DNA of 64,000 nt from Oculatellaceae cyanobacterium bins.114 (GCA_033764315.1 JANRJA010000160.1:10464-74463), one strand, 5' to 3'; shown: positions 24,601-34,399, numbered from the stretch's first letter. Translations and numbers: made by a program. Notes: generated from the letters alone by a model not told the origin.

Positions 24601-24986
24601 CAGAGGAGATGGTTGCCCATAATCCCTCTAACTCTAAGGTAAATGAGTGGTTGCAGGTGTTGCTGCAATATGTCCAGACGGCTAAATTTCAAGCGTCTTT
24701 GGGTCATTCTTGGGCAGATGTGCTGCACCAAATTAAACACGGGGGTGTCGATCTATTGCTGTTGTGTGTTCATACCACTGAACTGCAAGCGTTGAAGCCT
24801 GCCATTCAAGCATTAGCCCAACTAGAAGCCAAACCCCCAATCTTAGTGTGGAACTGCTCTTCACAAAACCTGCTTGATGAGTTGTTAATGGCCTCTGTGG
24901 GGGCGATCGCTACTCGTGTTCTTCCTGCTTCGTTGTCGATGCAAGAGCTATTGGAAGAGATACAGCAAATTTTGAAAACTCACTAA
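21660..24986 (+). CDS. Hybrid sensor histidine kinase (CBS-like pair, PAS-like region, HisKA/HATPase, three receiver-like domains)
   Basis: H-box ISHELKTPL, N-box NLLSNALKFT, DTGIGI, GTGLGL; C-terminal receiver-like folds. Confidence 0.85.
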   Translation: MHTTSLREFVEIIPVCVATASLDVVLSLFRQTQFKRLLLVDEHCAPVGIFDFHHLLPYLLTASAEEGDPSINPDPTPSASFELTQFSIEPFETLSIDWQLPQVLARLQTRRSPHWVVVDASGASVGLLDQLKFWQRYLAHSMPVLPTHTPDQPFLETPRVEASKPTLTPAFEKHFQIQLFSQLVQVLEQLPIPIMLQTGDGRVIGQNLAWRQQIGELKDLSTIQREAALFLETFPVASDEPGSLESFMDASDRYADQSASVHSTALPRSPDSSFTTTHYFSKGVSVQSSTPQTPPPTVCHLGANSNTCVCVCSLKNGQERIWQFIKIPLQVAADHPAINWSNSATIAEHLVTMPQFHLASLASSLDVTEALESLSAIALSETLWLVQAQDTTEQQQVAKELAAKNADLIQLNRLKDEFLACISHELKTPLTSILGLSSLLKDQLLGPLNERQARYTQLIYQGGRHLILIVNDILDLTRIETGQLELIPEPVNVELVCHRAFDQARHLLLSADNGSLDHQTELKLETKFSLEIDPNLTTLIADELRLRQMLANLLSNALKFTEIGGDIGLQVGFWEGWIAFTVWDTGIGIPTNKQHLIFQKFQQLENPLTRRFEGTGLGLVLTQRLARLHGGDVTFTSAEGKGSEFTLLLPPSPPTPQGINLTPEVINFPQVVLSKRLVMVVEAVPQFLEDLTQQLMGLGYRVAIARSGTEALEKIRRLQPAIVFLNPGLPLLSGWDVLTLLKSDSETRHIPVVVTATRVEKSQAYSNGANSFLSLPIQTSALQHSLEYWIDRPSQEEANESQTTLTVLHLRPIVEDTQSFEDDFNPYQPLITDLSSLLHPYHCRVLEVDDLEQADLLVRVWKPDLILLDGTMANPVHYLIQLSQSPFLAALPLVTLTPEMTQAANHVPELAVFPCLAALNSTSPESTQSDVLALWQVMQIAVGTHWSSHILIADLATLPLDLSPDTGNSLNEALAFTAQFPEEMVAHNPSNSKVNEWLQVLLQYVQTAKFQASLGHSWADVLHQIKHGGVDLLLLCVHTTELQALKPAIQALAQLEAKPPILVWNCSSQNLLDELLMASVGAIATRVLPASLSMQELLEEIQQILKTH

Positions 24987-25107
24987 GACAAGCCATCAAG
25001 GGATTGATCAAAAGTGGTGATGATTGATCAGAATTAACCTGCTTCTCATCAAAATTAACGGCTTCGCCTTTTATAGTGAAAGTGACGCGGTTTAGCTTGT
25101 GATTTCT

Positions 25108-26091
25108 ATGCCCTTTATTCATGTGCCTAAGTCTTGGCAGCTTCCTGAACGAGTTGTTACATCAAAAGCTGCGTTTTTTCAACGGCGTCGATTTCTCAAA
25201 ACGTTAACTGGCTTTAGCATTGCAGGTTCCGCTCTGTCGCTAATTGGGTGTCAATCACAACAAGCTAGCGAAGATATGGCTCCTCTCGCAGGCACAAAAG
25301 CGTTAGAGGCGACCTCAAACGCCGCCTTTGTAGAGGGCGATCGGCCTATCACAAACGAGCTGATTGCTGCTACTTACAATAACTTCTACGAATTTGGCGG
25401 TACTAAATCTATCTGGCAAAGTGCTCAGGCGTTGCCCACAGACCCCTGGAAAGTTGAAGTGACTGGCTTGGTCAACAATCCACGGGTGTTTGACCTGGAT
25501 GACTTGCTAACCGAGTTTCCGCTAGAAGAACGTGTGTATCGGTTTCGCTGTGTAGAGGCATGGGCAATGGTTGTGCCCTGGTTGGGTTTTCCCATGAATG
25601 CTTTGTTAAAAGCAGTTGAACCTGACTCTAATGCCAAATTTGTTCGCTTTACCTCCTATTTTGACGCCCAAGTCACTAAGGGACCGGGCTTCCCGCCTGT
25701 TCAATTTTTGCCATTCCCCTACACTGAGGGCTTACGCATTGAAGAGATGGCCAATGAACTAGCCTTTTTTGCGGTAGGCATCTACGGTCACACGCTGCCA
25801 AAACAACATGGTGCTCCGATTCGAGCGGTGTTGCCCTGGAAGTATGGGTTTAAGGGGGCTAAGTCGATCGTCAAGATCGAGTTTGTGAGCACTCAACCAG
25901 CCACTTATTGGAATCGGATTAGCCCTGGGGAATATAAGTTTGAGTCTAATGTTGACCCTGAAGTGCCTCATCCTCGCTGGTCACAAGCAAAAGAACGGTT
26001 GATTAGTCCGGGGGGGCAGTTTGCCTGGGAAGAGGTGCCGACGCTGAAATACAACGGGTATGGTGAATATGTGGCTTCGCTGTATAGCTGA
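25108..26091 (+). CDS. msrP: Protein-methionine-sulfoxide reductase catalytic subunit MsrP
   Basis: Tat motif RRRFLK, YNNFYEFG, YRFRCVEAW, HGAPIR..PWKYGFKGAKSI, HPRWSQA. Confidence 0.92.
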   Translation: MPFIHVPKSWQLPERVVTSKAAFFQRRRFLKTLTGFSIAGSALSLIGCQSQQASEDMAPLAGTKALEATSNAAFVEGDRPITNELIAATYNNFYEFGGTKSIWQSAQALPTDPWKVEVTGLVNNPRVFDLDDLLTEFPLEERVYRFRCVEAWAMVVPWLGFPMNALLKAVEPDSNAKFVRFTSYFDAQVTKGPGFPPVQFLPFPYTEGLRIEEMANELAFFAVGIYGHTLPKQHGAPIRAVLPWKYGFKGAKSIVKIEFVSTQPATYWNRISPGEYKFESNVDPEVPHPRWSQAKERLISPGGQFAWEEVPTLKYNGYGEYVASLYS

Positions 26092-26182
26092 GCATTAGAC
26101 CTCTGTTGAGGGGAGTGGGTGCTAGACATCCATTCCCCTCACGAGCACAAATTAAATAACATGGACAACTTGCTTAATGTAA

Positions 26183-26203
26183 GGGTTTGGCAATGCCAAA
26201 CCC
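26183..26203. repeat. REP-like palindrome
   Basis: gggtttggca-a-tgccaaaccc between convergent msrP and panB; a second hairpin at ~26108-26141. Confidence 0.6.
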
Positions 26204-26276
26204 CTCCACAAAATTGCACTTTAATTTAATCCATAACCCTTGATACTGATTCCTTCCAGAGGGTTTATGTATAGCT

Positions 26277-27053
26277 TTAAGGAAAGCGGTGTTCCCTCAC
26301 CTCAGTGCAGTACGTCTGAACGGCTTGAGTCACCGTCTCCCGTAAATTGGTGTAAGACTTGGCAAAGGGCGGTTGCCACTCTGACAAACCCAGTAAGTCG
26401 GCTGTGACAAGCACCTGTCCATCACAATGGGGCCCCGCTCCAATGCCGATGGTGGGAATGGTCAGTTTTTGGGTAATTCTCAGGGCAAGCTCTGGGGGAA
26501 TGTGCTCCAAAATAATGCCAAATGCGCCTGCTTGCTCTAGTGCGATCGCTTCTTCAACAATGCGATCGCCTGCTTCGGGTGAGGTGCCTTGCTTGCGATA
26601 GCCGCCAAACTGATGCACTGACTGTGGTGTTAAGCCGACATGACCCAACACCGGAATCCCTGCTTGCACTAACCGCGTTACGGTCGCAGTCATACTGGCA
26701 TAGCCTCCTTCTAGTTTGACGGCTTGGGCACCTGCCTCTTTTAAGGCTCGACCTGCTGCTCGAATGGCCTGTTCAGGGCTTTCCTGGTAGCTCATAAACG
26801 GCAGATCGACTACAACCAAGGCTTGTTTCACTCCACGTCGCACGGCTTTGGCATGGTGCAAGATCTCGTCTAGGGTAAGAGGCAACGTTGTCTCATAGCC
26901 CAACGCTACCATCGCCAACGAATCTCCGACTAGAATTAAATCGACCCCAGCTTGATCAACCAGGCTTGCCAAAAGATAATCCCAAGCGGTGACAGCGGCG
27001 ATCGCCTTGCCCTGCTGTTTAAAACGAATTAACTGCTGAGTGGTGACTGCCAT
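26277..27053 (-). CDS. panB: 3-methyl-2-oxobutanoate hydroxymethyltransferase
   Basis: [43 protein letters not shown]. Confidence 0.95.
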   Translation of the reverse strand: MAVTTQQLIRFKQQGKAIAAVTAWDYLLASLVDQAGVDLILVGDSLAMVALGYETTLPLTLDEILHHAKAVRRGVKQALVVVDLPFMSYQESPEQAIRAAGRALKEAGAQAVKLEGGYASMTATVTRLVQAGIPVLGHVGLTPQSVHQFGGYRKQGTSPEAGDRIVEEAIALEQAGAFGIILEHIPPELALRITQKLTIPTIGIGAGPHCDGQVLVTADLLGLSEWQPPFAKSYTNLRETVTQAVQTYCTEVREHRFP

Positions 27054-27288
27054 AGGTACAACAATAAAAAAACGCTATCTAGCGAATGCAAATAGGATGA
27101 GTTCATCCTGATCAACCTGAGGACGTACTTATAAACGATTGTAGTCTCACGCCTTTGGCATTCGTTTCTTCTCTTATTGTTGAGGATGAGGGGGACTCAA
27201 ACACAACGGGGCGATCGCAAAGTGGTAGATTGATCCTTTGGAAGCAGTCTTCTCTAATCTCTAATTCACTGCATTCAAGGGAACGATC

Positions 27289-28233
27289 ATGTCGCAGGAT
27301 CAGCCACCAAAATCAAATCCATTCTCTGACGATGAATTGGATGATGTTTGGGATTCGCCCACACCCGATACGACACCTGCACAGCGTCCATCTATCCCAA
27401 AATCACCTCCCCCACAACAGCCAACTTCACGCTCTGCAAGCTCTGTTGCTGCTCAAGTTAGCCGTTGGGTCAATCAGGCTAGCTCAGCCCTCACTGGCTG
27501 GTCAAATCAAATTCGCCCTGAGTTAAGCAAGCTATCCAACAAACTGCAACCCGTCTTAGCCACTGTTGTCGAAAAAATCCGTCCTCTGTTAGGGAAACTG
27601 CGAACCTGGTGGAATGTGGCTTTGCCTAACATTCGTCGAATTTTGCCCGACTCTCTCAATCGGCAGCTTTCAGATCGAATACTGACCAATATTGCGATTG
27701 GGTTAGGGGTGGTGTTGTTGTGGAGTTTGCCAGGAATTTTATTGGGAAAACCTACTCGTGTGAGCCAGACTCCAACAACGCCGCCTGTCCCTGTGGTGCA
27801 ACCTGCTCCTAAACCCGAAATTCCAGCGGCGTTGGCTCCAATCACACCACCCCCACCATCCAATCAACCACCTGCTCCTCCCCCTCCGCTAGACCTGACC
27901 CCTGCCCAAAGCTTGATTGCTGCGATTCAAGATCAGGTGGCTGAAGTCACCAACCAATATGCTAATGGGCTGATTCAATCAGTTCAAGCCAATTTTCGGA
28001 GTAGCCGACTCATCGTTAAAGTTGGCCGTGATTGGTATGGGTTATCGTCAAATCGCCAAGATACTTTGGCAACCGAGATGCAAAAACGAGCGCAAGAGTT
28101 AGGCTTCAACAAGCTAGAAATTACTGATGCTCACGAAACCCTATTGGCGCGTAGCCCGGTTGTGGGTGACGTCATGATTGTTTTGCAACGAGAAGAAAAC
28201 GTAGGGAGTGGGGAAGACAAAGAAAAAGGATGA
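27289..28233 (+). CDS. Hypothetical membrane protein with Pro-rich linker
   Basis: 314-aa ORF with one TM, Pro-rich linker and globular C-terminus (IQSVQANF..WYGL..LARSPVVG); RBS-like aagggaa. Confidence 0.7.
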   Translation: MSQDQPPKSNPFSDDELDDVWDSPTPDTTPAQRPSIPKSPPPQQPTSRSASSVAAQVSRWVNQASSALTGWSNQIRPELSKLSNKLQPVLATVVEKIRPLLGKLRTWWNVALPNIRRILPDSLNRQLSDRILTNIAIGLGVVLLWSLPGILLGKPTRVSQTPTTPPVPVVQPAPKPEIPAALAPITPPPPSNQPPAPPPPLDLTPAQSLIAAIQDQVAEVTNQYANGLIQSVQANFRSSRLIVKVGRDWYGLSSNRQDTLATEMQKRAQELGFNKLEITDAHETLLARSPVVGDVMIVLQREENVGSGEDKEKG

Positions 28234-28297
28234 AGGATAAGGGATGAAGGATAAGGGATGAAGGATAAGGGGTGAAGGATAAAGGGTGAAGGATAAA
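28228..28297 (+). repeat. Short tandem repeat, 5 x 14 nt (GGATGAAGGATAAG), STRR-like
   Basis: Five consecutive near-identical units read directly. Confidence 0.85.
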
Positions 28298-28350
28298 AAC
28301 CAGGAGTATTTATTTCTGATTCTTTCTTGATTTTTCTTTTTTCCTTTTTC

Positions 28351-29523
28351 TTATCCCCCTCGTTGGTATCGCATTCCTGGGAGTTGAGATATCAGACCCA
28401 TCAGTTCTAGTTGGGCGAGGGAACTGAGGACTGTTCCAGTGTCTAATCCCGTGTTTTGGACGATGAGATCAACCGTCAATGGTTCCAGTGGAACTGCTTC
28501 AAACACTTTTTTTAGAACGGGTTCATGTAGGAGTGGTTCTAGGATGAGAGGTTGAGGACGGCTCATTTCGGGGTCTTCATCATCTTCATCAAACAGAGAG
28601 AGTTGACTGGTGAGCGATCGCAGTTCGTCTAACTGGGGTAAGGATTCTAGAGCCGCTAAAAGCTGCTTTTCACCTAAAATCATGTGTGCTCCCGTGTTAA
28701 TCAGTTCTAGACATCCTCTTGAGCGATTGTTGTCTAGTGAACCAGGGAGGGCATAAACATCACGACCGTATTCATTGGCGAGACGAGCGGTGATCAGCGC
28801 ACCTGATTTGTGAGGGGCTTCCATGACTAAAACTACGCGACTTAAGCCAGCAATGATGCGGTTGCGGCGTGGAAAGTGAACGCGATCGGGCTGTGACCCA
28901 GCGGCATATTCACTCACAAGCAACCCCTGTTGCTGAACCTGTTGAGATAAGTTGCGGTTTGACCAGGGATACACTACATCGACCCCTGTGCCTAAAACGG
29001 CGATCGTCCGTCCTCCAGCCCCTAAGCAAGCGTGATGGGTTTCGGTGTCTACGCCCTCTGCTAACCCAGAGACAACCGTAAAACCTGCCTGTGCCAGAGC
29101 CGCTGTGATTCTGCGCGTCCATCGTCTGCCGTAGTCGGTCGGTTCACGGGTGCCAACGATCGCCACACAGGGGATGATACCTTGATTTTCTAATGGCTCG
29201 ACCACACCGCTGTAATACAACACAGGAGGTGGATCGGGAATCTCAAGCAATAATCGAGGATAGCCCGGATCAGCGGGAGTCCAAAAGTGAGGGTTTTCTT
29301 GCTCATGTTGTTGTAAAAGGGCAACCGGATCAAGGCGCGATCGCTCTTGTACGACGATTGCGGCAATTTGTTCTCCCACCCCTTCTACTGCTTCAAGGGC
29401 AGCCGCTTTGGCATACCACGCTTCACTTAATGTCCCAAAGTGACGCTGCAACCGCAACAACAAAATTGGACCAATTCCATTAATTTGTGACCAGGCAAAC
29501 CAGAATGCACGTTCCTCTGACAA
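28351..29523 (-). CDS. dprA: DNA-processing protein DprA
   Basis: YPRLLLEIPDPPPVLY, AIVGTR, VSGLAEGVD, FPRRNRIIAGLS, KSGALITA, C-terminal winged helix. Confidence 0.95.
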   Translation of the reverse strand: MSEERAFWFAWSQINGIGPILLLRLQRHFGTLSEAWYAKAAALEAVEGVGEQIAAIVVQERSRLDPVALLQQHEQENPHFWTPADPGYPRLLLEIPDPPPVLYYSGVVEPLENQGIIPCVAIVGTREPTDYGRRWTRRITAALAQAGFTVVSGLAEGVDTETHHACLGAGGRTIAVLGTGVDVVYPWSNRNLSQQVQQQGLLVSEYAAGSQPDRVHFPRRNRIIAGLSRVVLVMEAPHKSGALITARLANEYGRDVYALPGSLDNNRSRGCLELINTGAHMILGEKQLLAALESLPQLDELRSLTSQLSLFDEDDEDPEMSRPQPLILEPLLHEPVLKKVFEAVPLEPLTVDLIVQNTGLDTGTVLSSLAQLELMGLISQLPGMRYQRGG

Positions 29524-29671
29524 TTCCTACTCCTTGCAACCCCTAAATTTAACCCTGTCCCCAAGTAGTTGCATGGGTTCCAATTAGAATCATCATGCCC
29601 ATCCTACTAAACCATCACAACAAAGCCACAAGAACGTTTTGCGGCTGTGGTAACTAGAGTGTTGCAATCTA

Positions 29672-29734
29672 GTTTTAACTCAACGTTTTAACTTGCGTTT
29701 TGACTTAAACGTTTTAACTTAAACGGTTTAACCT
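29672..29734 (+). repeat. Degenerate tandem repeat, about 5 x 12-14 nt (GTTTTAACTTAAAC)
   Basis: gttttaactcaac gttttaacttgc gttttgacttaaac gttttaacttaaac ggtttaacct. Confidence 0.7.
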
Positions 29735-30426
29735 AATTGTTGGGCGCGTTGCTGCTTAAGAAAGTCGAACACACTTTTGTCGCCAATATCAGGTGGAATC
29801 GGTTGAATCACTTTACGGATCGCAAAAATGAGAAACAACACTGCCCAGGCCACCAATAAAATGAGTTCAACATGGGCAGGCAAAATGTGGGTCAGATGTC
29901 CCAACAGCAATAGAGGCACCAGGGGGGTGAGTAGTTTTGTTTCTAACCGATTAAAACAAAAGGCTTCTTTAAAGAAAATGCCTGTCAGAGCCGCAAAGGT
30001 GAAGCCAATTCCCAGAAGTGTTAAGGGCTGTTGAAAGACGGTGAGAGCTAAAGGTTGAGCCTTGAGAAGAGTCAGGGCGATCGCAGTAATTGTGCCGACA
30101 CCCCAAAAGACTTGCAACGCTCGATGCAACGGCAGCAAATAAATGTGAATCGTCAACAGACTCACACCCAACCCCACCGAAAATAGCCCAAACAGGAGGG
30201 TCAATAGCGACAAGACCAGAGCGTGATATGAAGCCGTCCCTCCACTGAGGTCAGTACTCTGCCACAGGACTAGCCCTACTGCGATCGCAAAACTGACCGC
30301 TGCGATCATTAAACCTGCGCGATAAACCACAACTCCCTGGCGATCGTCAGCTGTAACCGTAAACTCTCCAAACTGCCCCTGATAGACCTCCAGTGGCGTT
30401 GACGATGCATCCACCTCTACGTTCAT
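29728..30426 (-). CDS. DUF2301 integral membrane protein
   Basis: YQGQFGEF, IHIYL, FKEAFCF, PIPPDIGDKSVF. Confidence 0.8.
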   Translation of the reverse strand: MNVEVDASSTPLEVYQGQFGEFTVTADDRQGVVVYRAGLMIAAVSFAIAVGLVLWQSTDLSGGTASYHALVLSLLTLLFGLFSVGLGVSLLTIHIYLLPLHRALQVFWGVGTITAIALTLLKAQPLALTVFQQPLTLLGIGFTFAALTGIFFKEAFCFNRLETKLLTPLVPLLLLGHLTHILPAHVELILLVAWAVLFLIFAIRKVIQPIPPDIGDKSVFDFLKQQRAQQLG

Positions 30427-30451
30427 ACAGTTCCCTCTCTATAAAATGAGT

Positions 30452-31267
30452 CTATAAATGAGCCAGTTGTAAAACCTGATTAAGCTTGCCACTACGATAA
30501 CCTTCTAAGTCTAAAGTGACATAGACAAATCCATAGGATTGCAGTGCACTCACTAGGGCAGGCAGATCAGTCGTTGAGACAAAGTCTTTGAGTTGCTCTG
30601 GAGGTAGCTCAATGCGAGCGGTGTCAGCTTCAGAGCGAACTCGTAAACTTTTAAGTCCTAAATGGCGCAAATAGCGTTCAGCTCTGCCCACTCGTTGCAA
30701 CTTACCAACCGTGATCTCTTCGCCGTAGGGAAACCGAGAACTGAGGCAGGGTTGAGCGGGCTTGTCCCACCAGGGTAGCCCCAACTGTTTTGCCAGTTCA
30801 CGCACTTCTAATTTGGTGACGCCCACCTCAGCCAGTGGCGATCGCGCCCCTCGTTCTTTTGCCGCTTGAATGCCCGGTCGATAATCGGACAAATCATCGG
30901 CATTAACCCCATCCACCACATAGGGATATCCCCGCTCGATCGCCAACGGTCTAAGTGTGTCATGCAATTCACTCTTGCAGAAGTAACAGCGATTGACCGG
31001 GTTACTGGCGTAGTTGGGGTTCTCTAATTCGTGGGTCTGCACCACCTCGTGGGCAATACCAATTTCTGCTGCTTGAATGCGGGCATCTTCTAAATCTTCG
31101 GGTAACAACGACGGTGACTCAGCAGTCACAGCTAAAGCGCGATCGCCCAATACATCATAGGCAATCTTGGCGATCAGAGTGCTATCAATCCCTCCTGAAT
31201 AAGCAATTAATGCCTGATTCATCTCGGTAAACAGCCCCCGAAGTTGGTCTAATTTCTGCGACAACAT
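30452..31267 (-). CDS. larE: ATP-dependent sacrificial sulfur transferase LarE
   Basis: PP-loop AYSGGIDS, NRCYFCK, DYRPG, WDKPAQPCLSSRFPYG, GYRSGKLN. Confidence 0.9.
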   Translation of the reverse strand: MLSQKLDQLRGLFTEMNQALIAYSGGIDSTLIAKIAYDVLGDRALAVTAESPSLLPEDLEDARIQAAEIGIAHEVVQTHELENPNYASNPVNRCYFCKSELHDTLRPLAIERGYPYVVDGVNADDLSDYRPGIQAAKERGARSPLAEVGVTKLEVRELAKQLGLPWWDKPAQPCLSSRFPYGEEITVGKLQRVGRAERYLRHLGLKSLRVRSEADTARIELPPEQLKDFVSTTDLPALVSALQSYGFVYVTLDLEGYRSGKLNQVLQLAHL

Positions 31268-31348
31268 GAACAATCTCAAAATCTATTCGCAACAACAAAC
31301 AAAGAGTTCTCTTTCCCTCAAGAGTAGCGAATTTTTTGAGGGGAAGGA

Positions 31349-31819
31349 TTACAGGTTTGCCTGCCTGATGTGATAAACCAGAGCATTCAGCCCTAGCCGA
31401 TAACTATCTGCCCCAAAGCCGCTAATTTGCCCAATAGCGACAGGAGCAATATAAGAATGATGGCGAAAGGATTCACGCCGATAGACGTTGCTTAGATGAA
31501 CTTCGACCGTTGGGATAGCCACAGCGGCGATCGCATCTCGAATCGCAACACTGGTGTGGGTATAAGCTCCAGGATTGATCAGAATCCCTTGATGGACTCC
31601 CAATGCCGCATGAATAGCATCAACCAAGGCACCCTCATGATTGGACTGAAAAGGGGAAACATTGACCTCAAGCGATCGCCCTTCTTGCTCCAACATTGCA
31701 TTAATACTGGACAGCGTTACAGTGCCATAAACTCCTGGCTCTCTTAAACCCAAAAGGTTTAGGTTAGGGCCATGCAACACCGCGATACTCATTAAAGTTA
31801 AAAGCTCAGATTCAGCCAC
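31349..31819 (-). CDS. aroQ: Type II 3-dehydroquinate dehydratase
   Basis: [45 protein letters not shown]. Confidence 0.95.
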   Translation of the reverse strand: MAESELLTLMSIAVLHGPNLNLLGLREPGVYGTVTLSSINAMLEQEGRSLEVNVSPFQSNHEGALVDAIHAALGVHQGILINPGAYTHTSVAIRDAIAAVAIPTVEVHLSNVYRRESFRHHSYIAPVAIGQISGFGADSYRLGLNALVYHIRQANL

Positions 31820-31953
31820 TAACGACGCTCTGAATCTCTCACAGGAATAGGAATCGGCTCTGGTTCTGGCTCTGCCTCAGGACCCAGTAAAGCATCAATT
31901 AGCTTACGTGCCCACTCTTTTAACTTTTCCAGTACCTTTTCGATGTAATCCAT
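31819..31953 (-). CDS. Small 44-aa protein not in the ORF track
   Basis: [44 protein letters not shown]; aggag RBS upstream; stop overlaps the aroQ GTG (TAGTG). Confidence 0.75.
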   Translation of the reverse strand: MDYIEKVLEKLKEWARKLIDALLGPEAEPEPEPIPIPVRDSERR

Positions 31954-32189
31954 TAATCAAAAAGCTCCTTCAATGCCGACCAAAGCCATTATTAAACTTA
32001 AAGCTTTTAGCCTAACAATGTAAACGCTCAACACCTATGTCCTTATATCTGATCATAACCAATCATCGAAAATGATCAAGCCTATTATGAAGCTGTTCCT
32101 GACAAATACAAACTTTTTTCAGGAATTGAGATATTTTCATAGCAGCTGCTATAAGCTACGCTAAACTAACTGATTTGAAATCGTTATAC

Positions 32190-32280
32190 ATAGCAATCCC
32201 AAATGGGTTGTGAGAGGCGCACCTCGGAGAGGTGCGCCTCTCACAATCTGCTAATCTCACAAATGATTTAGGACTGCTAT
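32190..32280. mobile_element. MITE-like miniature inverted-repeat element
   Basis: 26-nt terminal inverted repeats (21/26 match) and a perfect 18-bp hairpin at 32208-32246. Confidence 0.7.
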
Positions 32281-32435
32281 AGCAACGGTCAAGCCGTTGG
32301 TACAAGAGGGTGTGGTCAGCTAGCTTTCGACATGAGCGATCGCGCTGAGGGAGATTGGTGTAACCCTAATTTCTAGAGATGGTGAAACCCGTTAATGGTT
32401 TAAGACGCTGATTCTATAAGAGTGACTTGTTAAGT

Positions 32436-32464
32436 AAAAAAAAGGGGCACAATGCCCCTTTTTT
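32436..32464. terminator. Intrinsic terminator of dnaK
   Basis: A8-ggggca-caa-tgcccc-T6, about 20 nt past the dnaK stop. Confidence 0.8.
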
Positions 32465-32485
32465 AATCACAACTCATGAACAAAC

Positions 32486-34399
32486 CTATTTGGTTTCTGA
32501 GAATTCAGCATCAATCACATCATCATCCGCTGAGGAAGAATCTCCACTGGAAGGAGGTGGAGGTGTAGGACCATCGCTAGGACCACCCTCACCACCTGAC
32601 TGTTGATAGAGATTGCTGCTGACGCTATAGAGCACTTGCTGTAACTCAGCGGTAATGGATTTGATCTGATCGAAGTCTTCACGAGAAATGGCATCTCGCA
32701 AATCTTTCACAAAGCCCTCAACTTTGGCTTTGTCATCAGCAGGCACTTTATCGCCCAACTCGCTCATTTGCTTCTCAGCTTGATATGCCAGCGAGTCTGC
32801 CTGGTTCTTGAGGTCAATCCGCTCACGCCGTTCTTTATCAGCCGTTGCATTGCGTTCTGCCTCTTGCACCATCCGTTCGACATCGGATTTGTCCAAAGTG
32901 GACGCATCTTTGATCGTGATGGACTGCTCTTTGCCAGTGCCCTTGTCCTTCGCACGGACGTTCAAAATACCGTTGGCATCAATGTCAAAGGTGACTTCGA
33001 TTTGAGGCACACCCCGAGGAGCAGGAGGAATACCATCCAAGCGGAAGATACCCAGGCTCTTGTTGTCGTCTGCCATCTCACGCTCACCCTGAAGCACCTT
33101 GATTTCAACGTTGGTTTGCCCGTCTGCTGCTGTTGAGAAGGTTTCAGACTTCTTGGTTGGGATTGTGGTGTTGCGGACAATAATCTTGGTCATGACACCG
33201 CCCAGCGTTTCCACACCGAGAGAGAGAGGAGTCACATCCAACAACAAGATGTCCTTCACTTCACCCGCTAACACCCCGGCTTGAATCGCAGCACCTACGG
33301 CTACTACTTCGTCAGGGTTAACGGTTTGGTTGGGGTCTTTACCTAGAACTCGCTTGACTAGCTCTTGAATAGCAGGGATCCGTGTGGAACCACCCACAAG
33401 AACGACTTCATCGATCGCGCTCTTGTCGATCTTGGCATCACGCAGTGCACTCTCGACTGGGATGCGACAACGATCGATGAGGTCAGAGCAAAGCTCTTCA
33501 AACTTGGCACGAGTCAAGGTGGTGTCTAAGTGCTTAGGCCCCTCTTGAGTCGCAGTAATGAAGGGTAGGTTGATCTCAGCTTGAGTCACGCTAGAGAGTT
33601 CAATCTTGGCTTTTTCGGCTGCTTCAGTCAAACGCTGCAAGGCACGCTTGTCTTTGCGGAGGTCAATGCCTTCTGCATTCTTAAATTCGGCTGCCAGGTA
33701 ATCAACGATCTTTTTATCGAAGTCGTCGCCCCCTAAGTGGGTGTCACCAGAGGTCGCTAATACTTCAAATACCCCATCGCCGACTTCCAAAATAGATACG
33801 TCAAACGTACCACCGCCAAGGTCAAAGACTAGAACGGTTTCGTTGGTTTTCTTATCAAGACCATACGCTAGTGAAGCGGCGGTCGGCTCGTTAATAATCC
33901 GTAAGACTTCAATTCCAGCGATCCGTCCAGCATCTTTAGTGGCTTGACGTTGAGAGTCATTAAAGTAAGCAGGGACAGTAATGACGGCTTGGGTCACTGT
34001 TTCGCCCAGATACTTGCTAGCGTCTTCAACTAACTTTCGTAGGACTTGTGCTGAAATTTCTTCAGGGGCAAATTGCTTGCCTTCTGCGGGGCAATCGAGT
34101 TTGACGTTGCCATTAACATTCAGCACTTTGTAAGGCACTTCTGTGGTTTCATGGCTGACTTCATCGATGCGACGACCAATGAATCGCTTCACAGAGTAGA
34201 AGGTATTTTCAGGGTTGATGACCGACTGACGCTTGGCGATCTGACCCACACGGCGCTCTTTTGTTTTGGGATCAAAGGCGACCACCGAGGGCGTTGTGCG
34301 GAAACCTTCAGCGTTGGCGATGACGGTCGGTTTACCACCCTCCATCACAGCTACGCAAGAGTTGGTTGTTCCTAAGTCAATTCCAACAACTTTTGCCAT
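32486..34399 (-). CDS. dnaK: Chaperone DnaK (DnaK2-type)
   Basis: [36 protein letters not shown]-terminal DDVIDAEF. Confidence 0.98.
   Translation of the reverse strand: MAKVVGIDLGTTNSCVAVMEGGKPTVIANAEGFRTTPSVVAFDPKTKERRVGQIAKRQSVINPENTFYSVKRFIGRRIDEVSHETTEVPYKVLNVNGNVKLDCPAEGKQFAPEEISAQVLRKLVEDASKYLGETVTQAVITVPAYFNDSQRQATKDAGRIAGIEVLRIINEPTAASLAYGLDKKTNETVLVFDLGGGTFDVSILEVGDGVFEVLATSGDTHLGGDDFDKKIVDYLAAEFKNAEGIDLRKDKRALQRLTEAAEKAKIELSSVTQAEINLPFITATQEGPKHLDTTLTRAKFEELCSDLIDRCRIPVESALRDAKIDKSAIDEVVLVGGSTRIPAIQELVKRVLGKDPNQTVNPDEVVAVGAAIQAGVLAGEVKDILLLDVTPLSLGVETLGGVMTKIIVRNTTIPTKKSETFSTAADGQTNVEIKVLQGEREMADDNKSLGIFRLDGIPPAPRGVPQIEVTFDIDANGILNVRAKDKGTGKEQSITIKDASTLDKSDVERMVQEAERNATADKERRERIDLKNQADSLAYQAEKQMSELGDKVPADDKAKVEGFVKDLRDAISREDFDQIKSITAELQQVLYSVSSNLYQQSGGEGGPSDGPTPPPPSSGDSSSADDDVIDAEFSETK

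Noticed and set aside
28228..28297. Tandem repeat as a possible CRISPR array
   Set aside because: 14-nt units with no spacers and no cas genes; an ordinary STRR-type repeat
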